A stretch of 63,994 nt of DNA, filler included, from Octopus bimaculoides (lineage: Eukaryota): the NCBI RefSeq assembly GCF_001194135.2. It is 5 parts of 5 records of this genome, joined end to end, with 100 filler letters (N's around TTAATTAATTAA, not from the genome) between each part and the next. Parts side by side here need not be neighbours in the genome. Positions count along the whole stretch, not along the records: positions 28,970 to 51,591 come from NC_068985.1; 4 more parts are not named here. One strand, written 5' to 3'. The translations under genes were made by a program, and so were the position numbers. The notes under the pieces are model-generated. The model worked only from the letters and a program-made list of their open reading frames with translations, did not search any database and had not been told where the DNA came from. Positions 39,969 through 50,524 of the stretch are shown piece after piece (position 1 is the first letter of the stretch; every line of letters begins with the position of its first letter).

Positions 39969-40035
39969 GTTAAGCTGATAAGAGAATACTTATTGAGAGA
40001 ACGCATCAATATAAATAATGTTATCAGTGTGCAAG
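39969..40035 (+). CDS. HELZ2: HELZ/HELZ2-family helicase, exon B (67 nt)
   Basis: ttttcatag|GTT..CAAG|gtaagc; VKLIREYLLRERININNVISVQ-G; phases 0 and 1 join exons A and C exactly and complete motif V (QGKQ). Confidence 0.85.
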
Positions 40036-40379
40036 GTAAGCTATAATAAAATATAAGTAAGTACCTTTATCTTATCAAAATTACAAAGTTACATAAAAAG
40101 GTGAGTGGTTAACAATGGTGGTATGTTCACTGTGAGCTAAGTCTACGACCCAATCCAGACTTGTGCTGCAATTTCTGCTGTAAAACAGCTTTCAGAAAGA
40201 GATGCACTATCATGGTGATATTAGTTTGAGTTAATTTCATAGCAATAAACACCTCTATGGACATATACATTTTTGTATGCCCTTATCCTCATATTGTCAG
40301 ATAAATTTGTTTGTTTTTAACTATTTATTTTAATCCTTATTTTTCCTTAACAATTTTAATAAATCAGTCATTGTTCATG

Positions 40380-41400
40380 ATTTCTTTGCAATGTTCCACT
40401 AGCTTGTCAATCTTGATGGTAGAAATCACTGGGCCTTGACCTGAAGAATTCATTGAACCCATTGTACACTGGGTGTACAATGTACACTGACATTGCACTT
40501 CCAGCATTGTTGAACAAAATGCCTCACGGACTTTCAGAGAGTGACAGAAAAAGGTGATAATCCAAAGGTGCTATATCAAGAGGAAATGGTGGATGCAGTA
40601 GAACTTCCTAGCTGAATATTTTTTGTTGAATTAGTGATATTGGAATGAGCACAAGTTGTGTTGAAGAAGCATGCCATGTCATCAGTTGGATCATTTCAGC
40701 CTGATTGCCTCAGTGAACCAGTGCATTTGCTGGATGTAAAGCTCTGTATTGACTGTGTAGTTGTTTTCAAGCACTTCATGGTGAATTAACCCTTCCATCT
40801 CCCACCAAATGCATATGATTGCTTTGCTTGGACACAGCTCAGGACAAGCTTTATATTGACATAAGGACACTCTTTTTCATCTTCAGTGATGATGTGATAA
40901 AGAAATCTCTGTGTTCATAAGTAGCTTAGTGCTGAGTGAGCAAACTGGTGCCAAAAGCAGAGTGCCAGAGTTTGTCTCTTTCATTCAGAGCATGTGGCAC
41001 CCATTCACCAAGCTTTTAGACTTTGCCTATTTAGTGAAGATAATGGACAATAGTATCGTGAAAGCACTCCATCTCCTGGGTCAGTTCCATAGAGGATTGG
41101 TACATTTCATTGTGAATGAGCTCCTTCAATCTATCCTCATTGAACTGAGCAAATCAACTTAACAGTAAATCTATGAGGTCAAATTTCCTCTCCTTGAAGC
41201 ATGTAAACTATTTATGTGCACTTCTTTTAGTAATAAACACCTTCTACATATATACTACAAACTTCTTGAGTGACTTAGGAAGTTTTCGAACTTGAGTGAA
41301 AGTGAAGAGAAGCAGGTGTGGAAAATGGTCATTATTTTCCTGTCTGAAAAGAAGTAAAATTCATTCAGATATCAGAAGCAATGAGCAAAAGTTGTAGAGG
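40380..41400 (-). mobile_element. Decayed mariner (DD34D-type) transposon
   Basis: Minus-strand remnants KLGEWVPHAL, IITEDEK, CIWWEMEGLIHHEVL, LLHPPFPLDIAPLDYHLF (cf. WVPHEL, TGDEKW, HPPYSPDLAPSDY). Confidence 0.8.
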
Positions 41401-41487
41401 AAGAATAAAGCTACACGTTAATTCAAATACCATTGGAACAAAACGAATTTATCTGACAAACCAACATATGCCAGTGTATAATATATA

Positions 41488-41660
41488 TATCATCATCATC
41501 ATCATCGTTTAACGTCCGCTTTCCATGCTAGCATGGGTTGGACGATTTGACTGAGGACTGGTGAAACCGGATGGCAACACCAGGCTCCAATCTAATTTGG
41601 CAGAGTTTCTACAGCTGGATGCCCTTCCTAACGCCAACCACTCAAAGAGTGTAGTCTCAG
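41488..41660 (-). mobile_element. RTE 3' terminal fragment
   Basis: Near-identical to 34375-34530. Confidence 0.85.
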
Positions 41661-41680
41661 AGAGTGTAGTATATATATAT

Positions 41681-43418
41681 ATTGATCATGGTGTGATATG
41701 CCACAAATTACGTGATCTTGGCATAGCTGGAAAACTTGGAGAGTGGTTACATGACTTTCTGAAAGATAGAAGTCAGGCAATAGTGGCTAATGGAGCCACC
41801 TCTATGAAAACACAAATAGTGAGCGGTGTTCCACACGGCACTGTCTTGTAAGCGAGTCCTAGCAAGAGCACTGCAGTCCCTCTTTCAGAGCTTCCTTGCA
41901 ACTGGCAAACTTCCAAGAAAACTGAAGGAGGGTAAAACATGCCCTATTCATAAAGGAGGTAGCAGAGCGGAGGCCAAGAACTACAGACCTATCTCTCTGT
42001 CCTCGCACATCAGCAAGGTCATGGAATGAATAGTCAGAAGAAAACTAATCGCCTTCCTTGAAAAAAAATGACTTGCTGCCTGACACCCAACATGGTTTCC
42101 GACCAGGAAGAAGCTGCCTGACTCAGCTCTTACAACACTATGACTGGGTGCTGAAACAGCTGCTCAACCATTCAAATGTGGAAGTGATATATCTTGACTT
42201 TGCAAAGGCCTTTCATAAAGTTGATCATGGAATGATATGTCACAAACTGCGTGACCTCGGCATAGTTGGAAAATTGGGAGAATGGCTTCATGACTCTGAA
42301 GGATAGAAGTCGGGTGGTAGTAGCCAATGGGGCTGCCTCCAATGACACGCAAATAGTGAGCGGTGTTCCGCAAGGCACTGTTTTGGGATCACTACTGTTC
42401 ATAATGGCTCTCTCAGACATGCTCTTAGCCACAATCACAAGTTATGCCAATGATACAAAAGTCTCACAGGTAATACAGAACCCTGAAGACACTATGCACC
42501 TGCAATGTGAGCTGGATGAAATATACAAGTGGACTGAAAATAATAGCATGCAGTTTAATGCTGAAAAGTTTCAAGCCTTGCGCTATAAGCATGCAAAACT
42601 AAATGCAATACTCATTAAATACACTGGACCTGGAGGGATTGCAATCCCAGAGGCAGAGTCAGTGCGAGACCTGGGCATTTACATGAATAATAATGCATCC
42701 TTTCATGTTCATGTTGTTAAATTGTCAATGAAATGCAGGTGACTGACCAGATGGATTCTTAGAACTTTTAGAACAAGAGATCAGGAAACCATGATGGTCC
42801 TCTGGAGGATACTTGTCCTAAGCCACTTTGACTATTGCTCTCAGTTATGGTCCTCAACCTGTGTCAAATTAATCTCAGAACTTGAGGCAATCCAATGAAG
42901 CTACATGAAGAAGATAGCCTCTATGAAGAAGATAGCCTCTATGCAGCATATAAGCTACTAGGAAAGACTCAAGAGATTAAGACTATTCCTTAGAGCATAG
43001 GCAAGAAAGATATGCCATAATATTCATCTGGAAGATCCTGGAAGGACTTGTCCCAAACTTTGGCATCATGAGTTACACAAATGCTAGAACTGGGTGCCAC
43101 TGCATAGTGCCAAGACTCCAAATTTGCCATCAAGATGTAGGACAAGATACTGCAATAGCCTGGGCTTCAGAGCTCCACAGCTCTTCAATATCCTCCCGAA
43201 GGACCTGAGAGACCTGCATGGGGTGGATGCAGGTGTCTTCATAATAAAACTGAACCTCATACTGTCAAGTGTCCCAGATGAACCAACTTCATGGCAGGAG
43301 GTGTAGATGAGGGCAGTGGCATCAAACTCTCTCGTGCAACAAATGTCAATTCCTAAAAAGCATTTGTGAAGTAAAATTATGTAGCAACACAAAATGGCAG
43401 GTGCCCCAGCATGGCCAC
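41681..43418 (+). mobile_element. CR1-clade LINE RT region to 3' end (frameshifted; extra ~170-bp RT piece at 41681-41848)
   Basis: NYRPISLSS..SKVME, QHGFRPGRSCLTQLL, YLDFAKAF, GVPQGTVLG, YANDTK, PDEPT; ends GGTGCCCCAGCATGGCCAC. Confidence 0.9.
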
Positions 43419-45120
43419 CCCAAACACACCGAGAACAGTTCCCGTCTTCTCATGCTGGTGCCCAGTTCGGGGATCTCGTTCCCTCACTGAAACATCAACG
43501 TGCCAGCCTTGTCTCTCCATAGCTTGAGGCCCACTGCAGCGCCTCCCTCCATCGCCTCTGGTGGCTTGACAACCAGTCCAAAACTCTTCAGGTGGCCTAT
43601 GACCTGCATTGCTGGCATTATGGTTTCATCCACAAGGATGTCATCGATGTACGAATTGGTGGCCCTTTTTACTCTGTCCATCTTTCCCAGGATGGCCTTG
43701 AGAATTGTTACCATAATCTTTGGCACTGAATTTAGCCCAAACCTCAGCCTGGTCAGACAGTATGTCCGGCCCTTATACCTGACAAGCTGATGCTTCCACA
43801 GTCTCTCAGCCACATGCACCTGCAGCTATGCCAACTTCAAATTGACGATCGTGGAGGCCCCTGTCATCTGCCTCCACTCTAGCAAGGTGTCCCTGCAGAC
43901 ATCTGTGGCCTCGCCGCCTGTATGACATGATACATGGTCATTCAGCTTTTGGAAGTCAAGCACTGGTCTGACCTTATGCTTTGTGGGCTGTACCACCGCC
44001 ATCAGCAGCAGGACTCCGCTCTCTACTTCTTCTCAAGGGATCAATATTCCCTCCTTAATCCACCGCTCCACCACCCCCTCAAACTCGCTTCTGGCATCTC
44101 CTTTCAGAGTATGCTGATAGCAGCCCACTTTATTTTTTAACATCGGGGACTCTCCCCTCCAGGGCCACTCCACTGTCCACCTCCGGCCATCAAAGACAGC
44201 ATGAAAGTCCTGGTCTTCAATGGTGTGCGCAACATAGTTTTCTTCGCAGTTCTCACCAATGCACGGTCTCGCCATACATGGTTTCCCCACAACCCCAAAT
44301 GTTACACTGAACTCATTGACAGTGACACCTCCTAAATGGGTGATTACATCCATCCCCATCACTACATCAATCTTATCCACCAAGTGGCCAACTACAATTG
44401 CTTGCAGCGTCAGCTTTGTTTCCTGCACCACAATCTGCGCATCTGTAATGCCTTCACAGTGTACCTCTCTTCCGTCGACTGCCCTCACACTGCTTTCTCC
44501 ATTCCACGTCTCTACCACTTCTGGAGTCATCAGGGTCGTCATACAGCCCATGTCCACAAGGGCCCACGACATCTTCCCCTCCACCAGAATGTCGACTACA
44601 GGTAGCAACAAACGCGCCTCTATTGATCCAAAGGGATAACTACCGGCGCAGTAGTCTCCCTTAGACCGTTTCCCTGCAGACATTCGCTGGCTATATGTTC
44701 TGTTTCTCAACACCGGTAGCAAATGACCTCAGGCTTTGAATGGTCACACACGTTCCTTCTTTGACCCCTCTCCGATACTCCTTGCTCGTCCAATTTTCGT
44801 TGTTGCAGTCACTGCTACCAGCAGTGTCCTGCAACACAAAACTAGCATGCGAGCCCGAGTTATGATATCCGCCATCGCTATTGAGTTGACGTTCAGCAGC
44901 TTTTGCTACTTGACCGACATGTGGTCAGGAAAGCCAGTCACAAACGCTAACTTAACCATTCAGTCCAGCGATTCTCCTTCATATCCCACCAGTTTAGCCA
45001 ATCTCCTGAGTTCGTTGGTAAATATGTCGACCTGTTCGCCAGTCCACTTTCCCCAGGCAAGCGTACGCTTCGAACATTCCTTCTGCAAAGGCCTCCATCT
45101 GGTCCATCAAGCGGATTTCT
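43419..45120 (-). mobile_element. Ty3/Gypsy LTR-retrotransposon internal fragment (gag, protease, RT)
   Basis: Gag-like ELRRLAKLVG..LAFVTGFP, protease ALVDMGCMTT, RT YCLTRLRFGLNSVP..SYIDDILV. Confidence 0.85.
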
Positions 45121-45315
45121 ATGATTCCCTTATTGGGACAGTTATGTTAAGTCGACAGTATGCAACTACTTTATCATAACACTGCTGCTTAAGTTTCTCT
45201 GTGAGATTTAGAAATGGATCATTTCTAATTTTTGTAATCAGTGAATGTGTTTCACAAGAAATATATACGTTTACAAGAGCTTGACAGGCATCTTCAGCCA
45301 GCTAGTCATGCTACT

Positions 45316-47021
45316 GCAGAGTTGAGTACCTGTTTTTTTGGAGTTATGTTGTGATTTTGTGAACGGAGAACGTAAGTTGATGAATATCGTAATTGAAAAT
45401 GTTGAAAAATTGTTGAAGTTGCTGTTATTAGTTTGAAGTTTTGAAATTACTGCTATTAATAATTGTTGAAGTATTGCTGTTGTTGTTCTGTGAAGTTTGT
45501 AATGACTACTAGTTACGTGTCAGTGGCAGTGGCTGGCAGGTGTCGGCCAGCCAATGACATGGAGATGAAGAAGGTTAAAGTGGAGATGGAAAATATAAAA
45601 AAGAAACACTTTAAATTGTTAAAGAAGGACTGCCTGCAGGTTAGTCCTCCCAAAGAAGTGATGGAAAATGCTGAAAAAAGAATTATAATGTATAAGACAC
45701 TCAATGTAACATCAAAGAAAATTGATATAGCGGAGGCTGAAGTAATAGAGAATTGCTTAAGCAGAATTAAGGAAGAAATAGTGTTCTTCACGAGAGGAAA
45801 GAAATACGGAACTGTAAAGGTGTATTTTAAGAACGAAGCAGATGCAAAGAGATACTCTACCATACCTCTGGGAACAGAGAAGTGGGCTCTTTTGCCAGTA
45901 TATTGCGGCAGAAGAGCCGCAAGGATAAAAATTGGAAAAGTACCACTGGAAATAGATTTAGAATGGCTGGTGGCAGCAGTAATCTATAATTGCAAAAAGG
46001 AGGTGGAAATTATAAAAGTGGAGTGGTCTAAAGAGATCAACTGGTGGGGTTTTGGGTTGGAAATTCTAACCCATATAACCCTGCCTGACCTGCATAACAT
46101 CGCAGAGGAGTTGGTGCTCCCCAATGACACCCGACTGAGGGTTGTGGTAGAGGGGAGGCCACCCGTATGCTATAGATGTGGAAGTAGGGGACACATACAG
46201 GTGGTGTGTCCCTGTAGAGAGGTTCAAGTGGTAGAAACAGATCTGTGAAGATGAAATGGTAGAGGTTGAACAAGAAGAGGTAGAGGAAAAGCAGGAGGAG
46301 ATTGTGGAGAGCGAGGAAAGTTTAGAAGGAACAGATAGAAAACGTATGTGGACTGAATCGCCGCCAAAGACCCAAAAACAAAAAGAGAGGGGGGAACGAA
46401 AAGGAAACCGAAAAAGACGAAACGGAGAATCGAACCCAAGACGCAGAGTTTGAAAAAGATTTAACAAGAAAGGAGAAGTGTATAAATTGGCGGGAAACGA
46501 TGATAAACTAGAAGGATATAGCAAGGATGGAAGGAAAGGTAGCTGGAAAAGTAGAATATAAAAATATCAGAACAGTGGTTGTTTTTACAACAAGGATTTA
46601 GAGTTGGAGAAGATGATTACTAAAATAAAGGGATTAGTAAGAATTAAACTGGACCCTGGAACGTTTGAAGAACAAGAAAAAGCTATAGTGGTAGAAGAAC
46701 ATATAATGAAGAGACTGCAACAAATACATGATTTTAAAGCAAGTGGATTATTTGTGGGTTACGACATCCTGCCAAATGTACTAACGACAGAGGAGCTGAG
46801 ACAACATATAATTATTGTAGAAAAAAAATGATCATAAACTGTATAAGAGAACTGTTAAATGAAACTGTGAGTTTTGGGGGACTCGTAAGCCATTTCATCA
46901 CCTCACTGTAAGTTATTCATTTCATTCATCATTCGTTTTATGTACCCCACGTTTTGTATTGTTTGTCCTTGTTATGTCCCCCTCTATGCAGAGGCCTTGG
47001 TGCCTATAATAAAGAGAAATT
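45316..47021 (+). mobile_element. ORF1-only (HAL1-like) LINE derivative with 11-bp TSD
   Basis: GTCATGCTACT at 45305-45315 and 47022-47032; single ORF1-like frame, no endonuclease or RT; ends AATAAAGAGAAATT. Confidence 0.7.
45502..46831 (+). pseudogene. Disrupted LINE ORF1/gag-like protein: RRM-like region, CCHC zinc knuckle, charged tail
   Basis: RIKIGKVPLEIDLEWL..LRVVVEGRPPVCYRCGSRGHIQVVC (C-x2-C-x4-H-x4-C); stop at 46246-46248, continuation in shifted frames to 46831. Confidence 0.7.
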
Positions 47022-47031
47022 GTCATGCTAC

Positions 47032-47074
47032 TTCAGGCTGATGACGACCCAAAACTCAGAAACATGTCCCTGAA
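47032..47074 (+). ncRNA. Type I hammerhead ribozyme (stem II partly decayed)
   Basis: Stem I UUCAGG/CCUGAA (6/6), CUGAUGA, GAAAC-AU-GUC cleavage site; stem I extends via CUAGUCAUGC/GCAGGCUAG around a bulge. Confidence 0.65.
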
Positions 47075-47280
47075 TGCAGGCTAGGCTAGTCTCCCCCTTG
47101 TAAATATAAGGACACAGGAAATGTGTCAAGGTCAACAGGAAGCGGTCCAGCTTCCTAGGGCTAAATAGCAGTAGTATGATTTCCTTATTGGGACTGTCAT
47201 GTTAAGTTAACAGTATACAACTACTATATATATATATATATATATATATATCTATGTGTGTGTGTATGTATGTATATATG

Positions 47281-47353
<73 letters not shown>

Positions 47354-47440
47354 TTGTATATGTATATATTGTACATATATATCTATGTATATAGATAGAG
47401 GCATTGATATTGATATGCAACCCCATTACAGAAGCAATAA

Positions 47441-47472
<32 letters not shown>

Positions 47473-48339
47473 ATGGACCTAAATTTTTTAGTATGTTTTT
47501 ATTCTAATTATAAACCTCAATAACCCAGGGTTACCTCCCTTCATTCTATTTATAACTTAATAAGCCCCCCCCCTCACTCACACACAGACACACCTCTTAA
47601 ATATAACATTAAAAGTAATTAACTGAATAAATGGATAAATATTTTAAAGGACTGAATGACTGATTGGTTCATTAATTAAGTGACTCAACACTCTTATATA
47701 GTCTTGCATTTGAGGCATTTTGTCTGATAAAATAGATTTTAAACATAATTTTAGCAATAAATAACAATTTAGTAATATGTAGGTATATATAAAAGAGGAT
47801 ATATAAGGAGATATATTAAGTTGGTTCATTAATTTAGTAACTAAACACTGTTGCATGGAGAATTACAATTAATGCATTTTATCGGAGAATACTTTTTAAG
47901 CATAATTTTAGCGATAAATAACAACTTAGTGAAACAACTTGTACTGTCAATTTTGGTCTTTTGTCCCTTATTTGAATTTGGTCCGAATAACTTCCAACAT
48001 ATAATTTTAACCTTATATTACCTGTATGGTTTAGTAAATATACAAATGATTCTCCTACTTAGACAGATACATACATTATTATATGCTGTTTTTTAATAAA
48101 TTTGTAATAACTTATCTGTCATATGCAGTCTACTAAAACAATATCCCCTTAGTAATATTTCAGCAACTCGATAAACAAAAAGTAATGGAAAATAATAAAG
48201 TATCTAAATTAATACCCGGGAATTTATTACTTTTAGTACCGACTAATATCATAGGTATTAATATAAACTCTAACCCACTTATTGTGGACCTTTATCTCAA
48301 GCCATCAATAGAAAACATATCGCATATATATATATATAG

Positions 48340-48610
48340 GTGCAGGAGTGGCTGTGTGGTAAGTAGCTTGCTTACCAACCACATGGTTCTGGGTTCAGTC
48401 CCACTGCGTGGCACCTTGGGCAAGTGTCTTCTACTATAGCCTCGGGCCGACCAAAGCCATGTGAGTGGATTTGGTAGACAGAAACTGAAAGAAGCCCGTG
48501 GTATATATGTATATATATATATATATATATGCGTGTGTGTGTATATGTTTGTGTATCTGTGTTTGTCCCCACCCAACATCGATTGACAACCGATGCTGGT
48601 GTGTTTACGT
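48340..48610 (+). mobile_element. SINE family B (runs into a gap)
   Basis: Consensus head and core. Confidence 0.85.
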
Positions 48611-49356
48611 NNNNNNNNNNNNNNNNNNNNNNNNNNNNNNNNNNNNNNNNNNNNNNNNNNNNNNNNNNNNNNNNNNNNNNNNNNNNNNNNNNNNNNNNNN
48701 NNNNNNNNNNNNNNNNNNNNNNNNNNNNNNNNNNNNNNNNNNNNNNNNNNNNNNNNNNNNNNNNNNNNNNNNNNNNNNNNNNNNNNNNNNNNNNNNNNNN
48801 NNNNNNNNNNNNNNNNNNNNNNNNNNNNNNNNNNNNNNNNNNNNNNNNNNNNNNNNNNNNNNNNNNNNNNNNNNNNNNNNNNNNNNNNNNNNNNNNNNNN
48901 NNNNNNNNNNNNNNNNNNNNNNNNNNNNNNNNNNNNNNNNNNNNNNNNNNNNNNNNNNNNNNNNNNNNNNNNNNNNNNNNNNNNNNNNNNNNNNNNNNNN
49001 NNNNNNNNNNNNNNNNNNNNNNNNNNNNNNNNNNNNNNNNNNNNNNNNNNNNNNNNNNNNNNNNNNNNNNNNNNNNNNNNNNNNNNNNNNNNNNNNNNNN
49101 NNNNNNNNNNNNNNNNNNNNNNNNNNNNNNNNNNNNNNNNNNNNNNNNNNNNNNNNNNNNNNNNNNNNNNNNNNNNNNNNNNNNNNNNNNNNNNNNNNNN
49201 NNNNNNNNNNNNNNNNNNNNNNNNNNNNNNNNNNNNNNNNNNNNNNNNNNNNNNNNNNNNNNNNNNNNNNNNNNNNNNNNNNNNNNNNNNNNNNNNNNNN
49301 NNNNNNNNNNNNNNNNNNNNNNNNNNNNNNNNNNNNNNNNNNNNNNNNNNNNNNNN

Positions 49357-49388
<32 letters not shown>

Positions 49389-49513
49389 CTTTATATGTTA
49401 ACATTGAACATACCAAGTCTTTTTCAAAGATTTTTATTAAGTATTATTTTTGTACATAAGCATTGGACATTGATTTAATACTAATACTTCTTGTTTTATT
49501 TTGTAACCTGCAG

Positions 49514-50363
49514 GTAAACAGTACAAAGTAGTGATAATTAGCACTGTACATACACCTTCAAGTCTCTGTAATGAAGCAGAATACACAAACTTTCTGAATA
49601 ATAAACTTTTACTAAATACTGCAATGTCAAGAGCTAAATATGTTGTAATTGCTGTTGGAGATCCAGTTACTCTATGCATCTCAGGAGAATGCAAATATAT
49701 TTGGCAACATTTTATTCAAAATTGTTCTGAACTGAATACCCTCTATCCTGCTGACTATACATATGATGTAATTCATTCAAAGATAATTTCAGCACTAAAT
49801 AACATTTCACAAGAAGAATATACTACAGAAACATATGATGATGAAATGGAAGCAGATCCTAATATAAATGATTGCATAAAACATCATGAATTTCCCCAAG
49901 AATGTTTTCCATTATTATACACTGAAAGTTCTGATAATTTGAAGCGCCCAATCATTGATGCTATTTGTCAAGAAGCTCTTTGTACTGCTTTAGCAACTCC
50001 ACTTGTTATGTTTGTTGATGTTAACATCAAGTGGGATCAAAATCAAGGCTATGGAGAATTCTGCATAAAGTCTTCCATTTTGAAAGCTAAGAATATAGAA
50101 TTACATTCAATACAAAGCATGACTAATATTCCAGATTGGTTTTGCATCAAATACAAAGGTCATCAAGCCTCTAAGTCGGATATATCTAAAACTTCAGACA
50201 CTGCAACTTATTTCGTTCATGTTTGGATCTTGGAAGTGAAAAATGAATATGACAATCTAGTAGTGAAGATAAGAGTTATAGACTCTGAAGTTGATACATT
50301 GAATGAGATAACTGATGATCTTAGCTGCAGTATGTGGCTAATATCATTTGATAATTTTTACAG
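49514..50363 (+). CDS. HELZ2: HELZ/HELZ2-family helicase, exon C (motifs V-VI plus downstream beta-barrel-like domain)
   Basis: cctgcag|GT acceptor, AG|gtaatg donor, 850 nt open; GKQYKVVIISTVHT, FLNNKLLLNTAMSRAK, VGDPVTLC..GECKYIWQHFI are typical of HELZ/HELZ2. Confidence 0.88.
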
Positions 50364-50367
50364 GTAA

Positions 50368-50373
50368 TGTTGT

Positions 50374-50455
<82 letters not shown>

Positions 50456-50481
50456 GCTGTTGCTGTTGTTGTTGTTGCTGC

Positions 50482-50513
<32 letters not shown>

Positions 50514-50524
50514 TTGTTGTTGTT
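50368..50524. repeat. (GTT/GCT)n repeat immediately after the exon C donor
   Basis: Direct inspection. Confidence 0.95.

Larger units (their letters stand above)
45121..47225 (+). mobile_element. Non-LTR retrozyme-like unit (~338-nt monomer plus 50-nt terminal redundancy) interrupted by a 1.7-kb insertion
   Basis: 45121-45170 vs 47176-47225 are 44/50 identical; removing the TSD-flanked insert leaves a 338-nt period containing a hammerhead. Confidence 0.6.
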
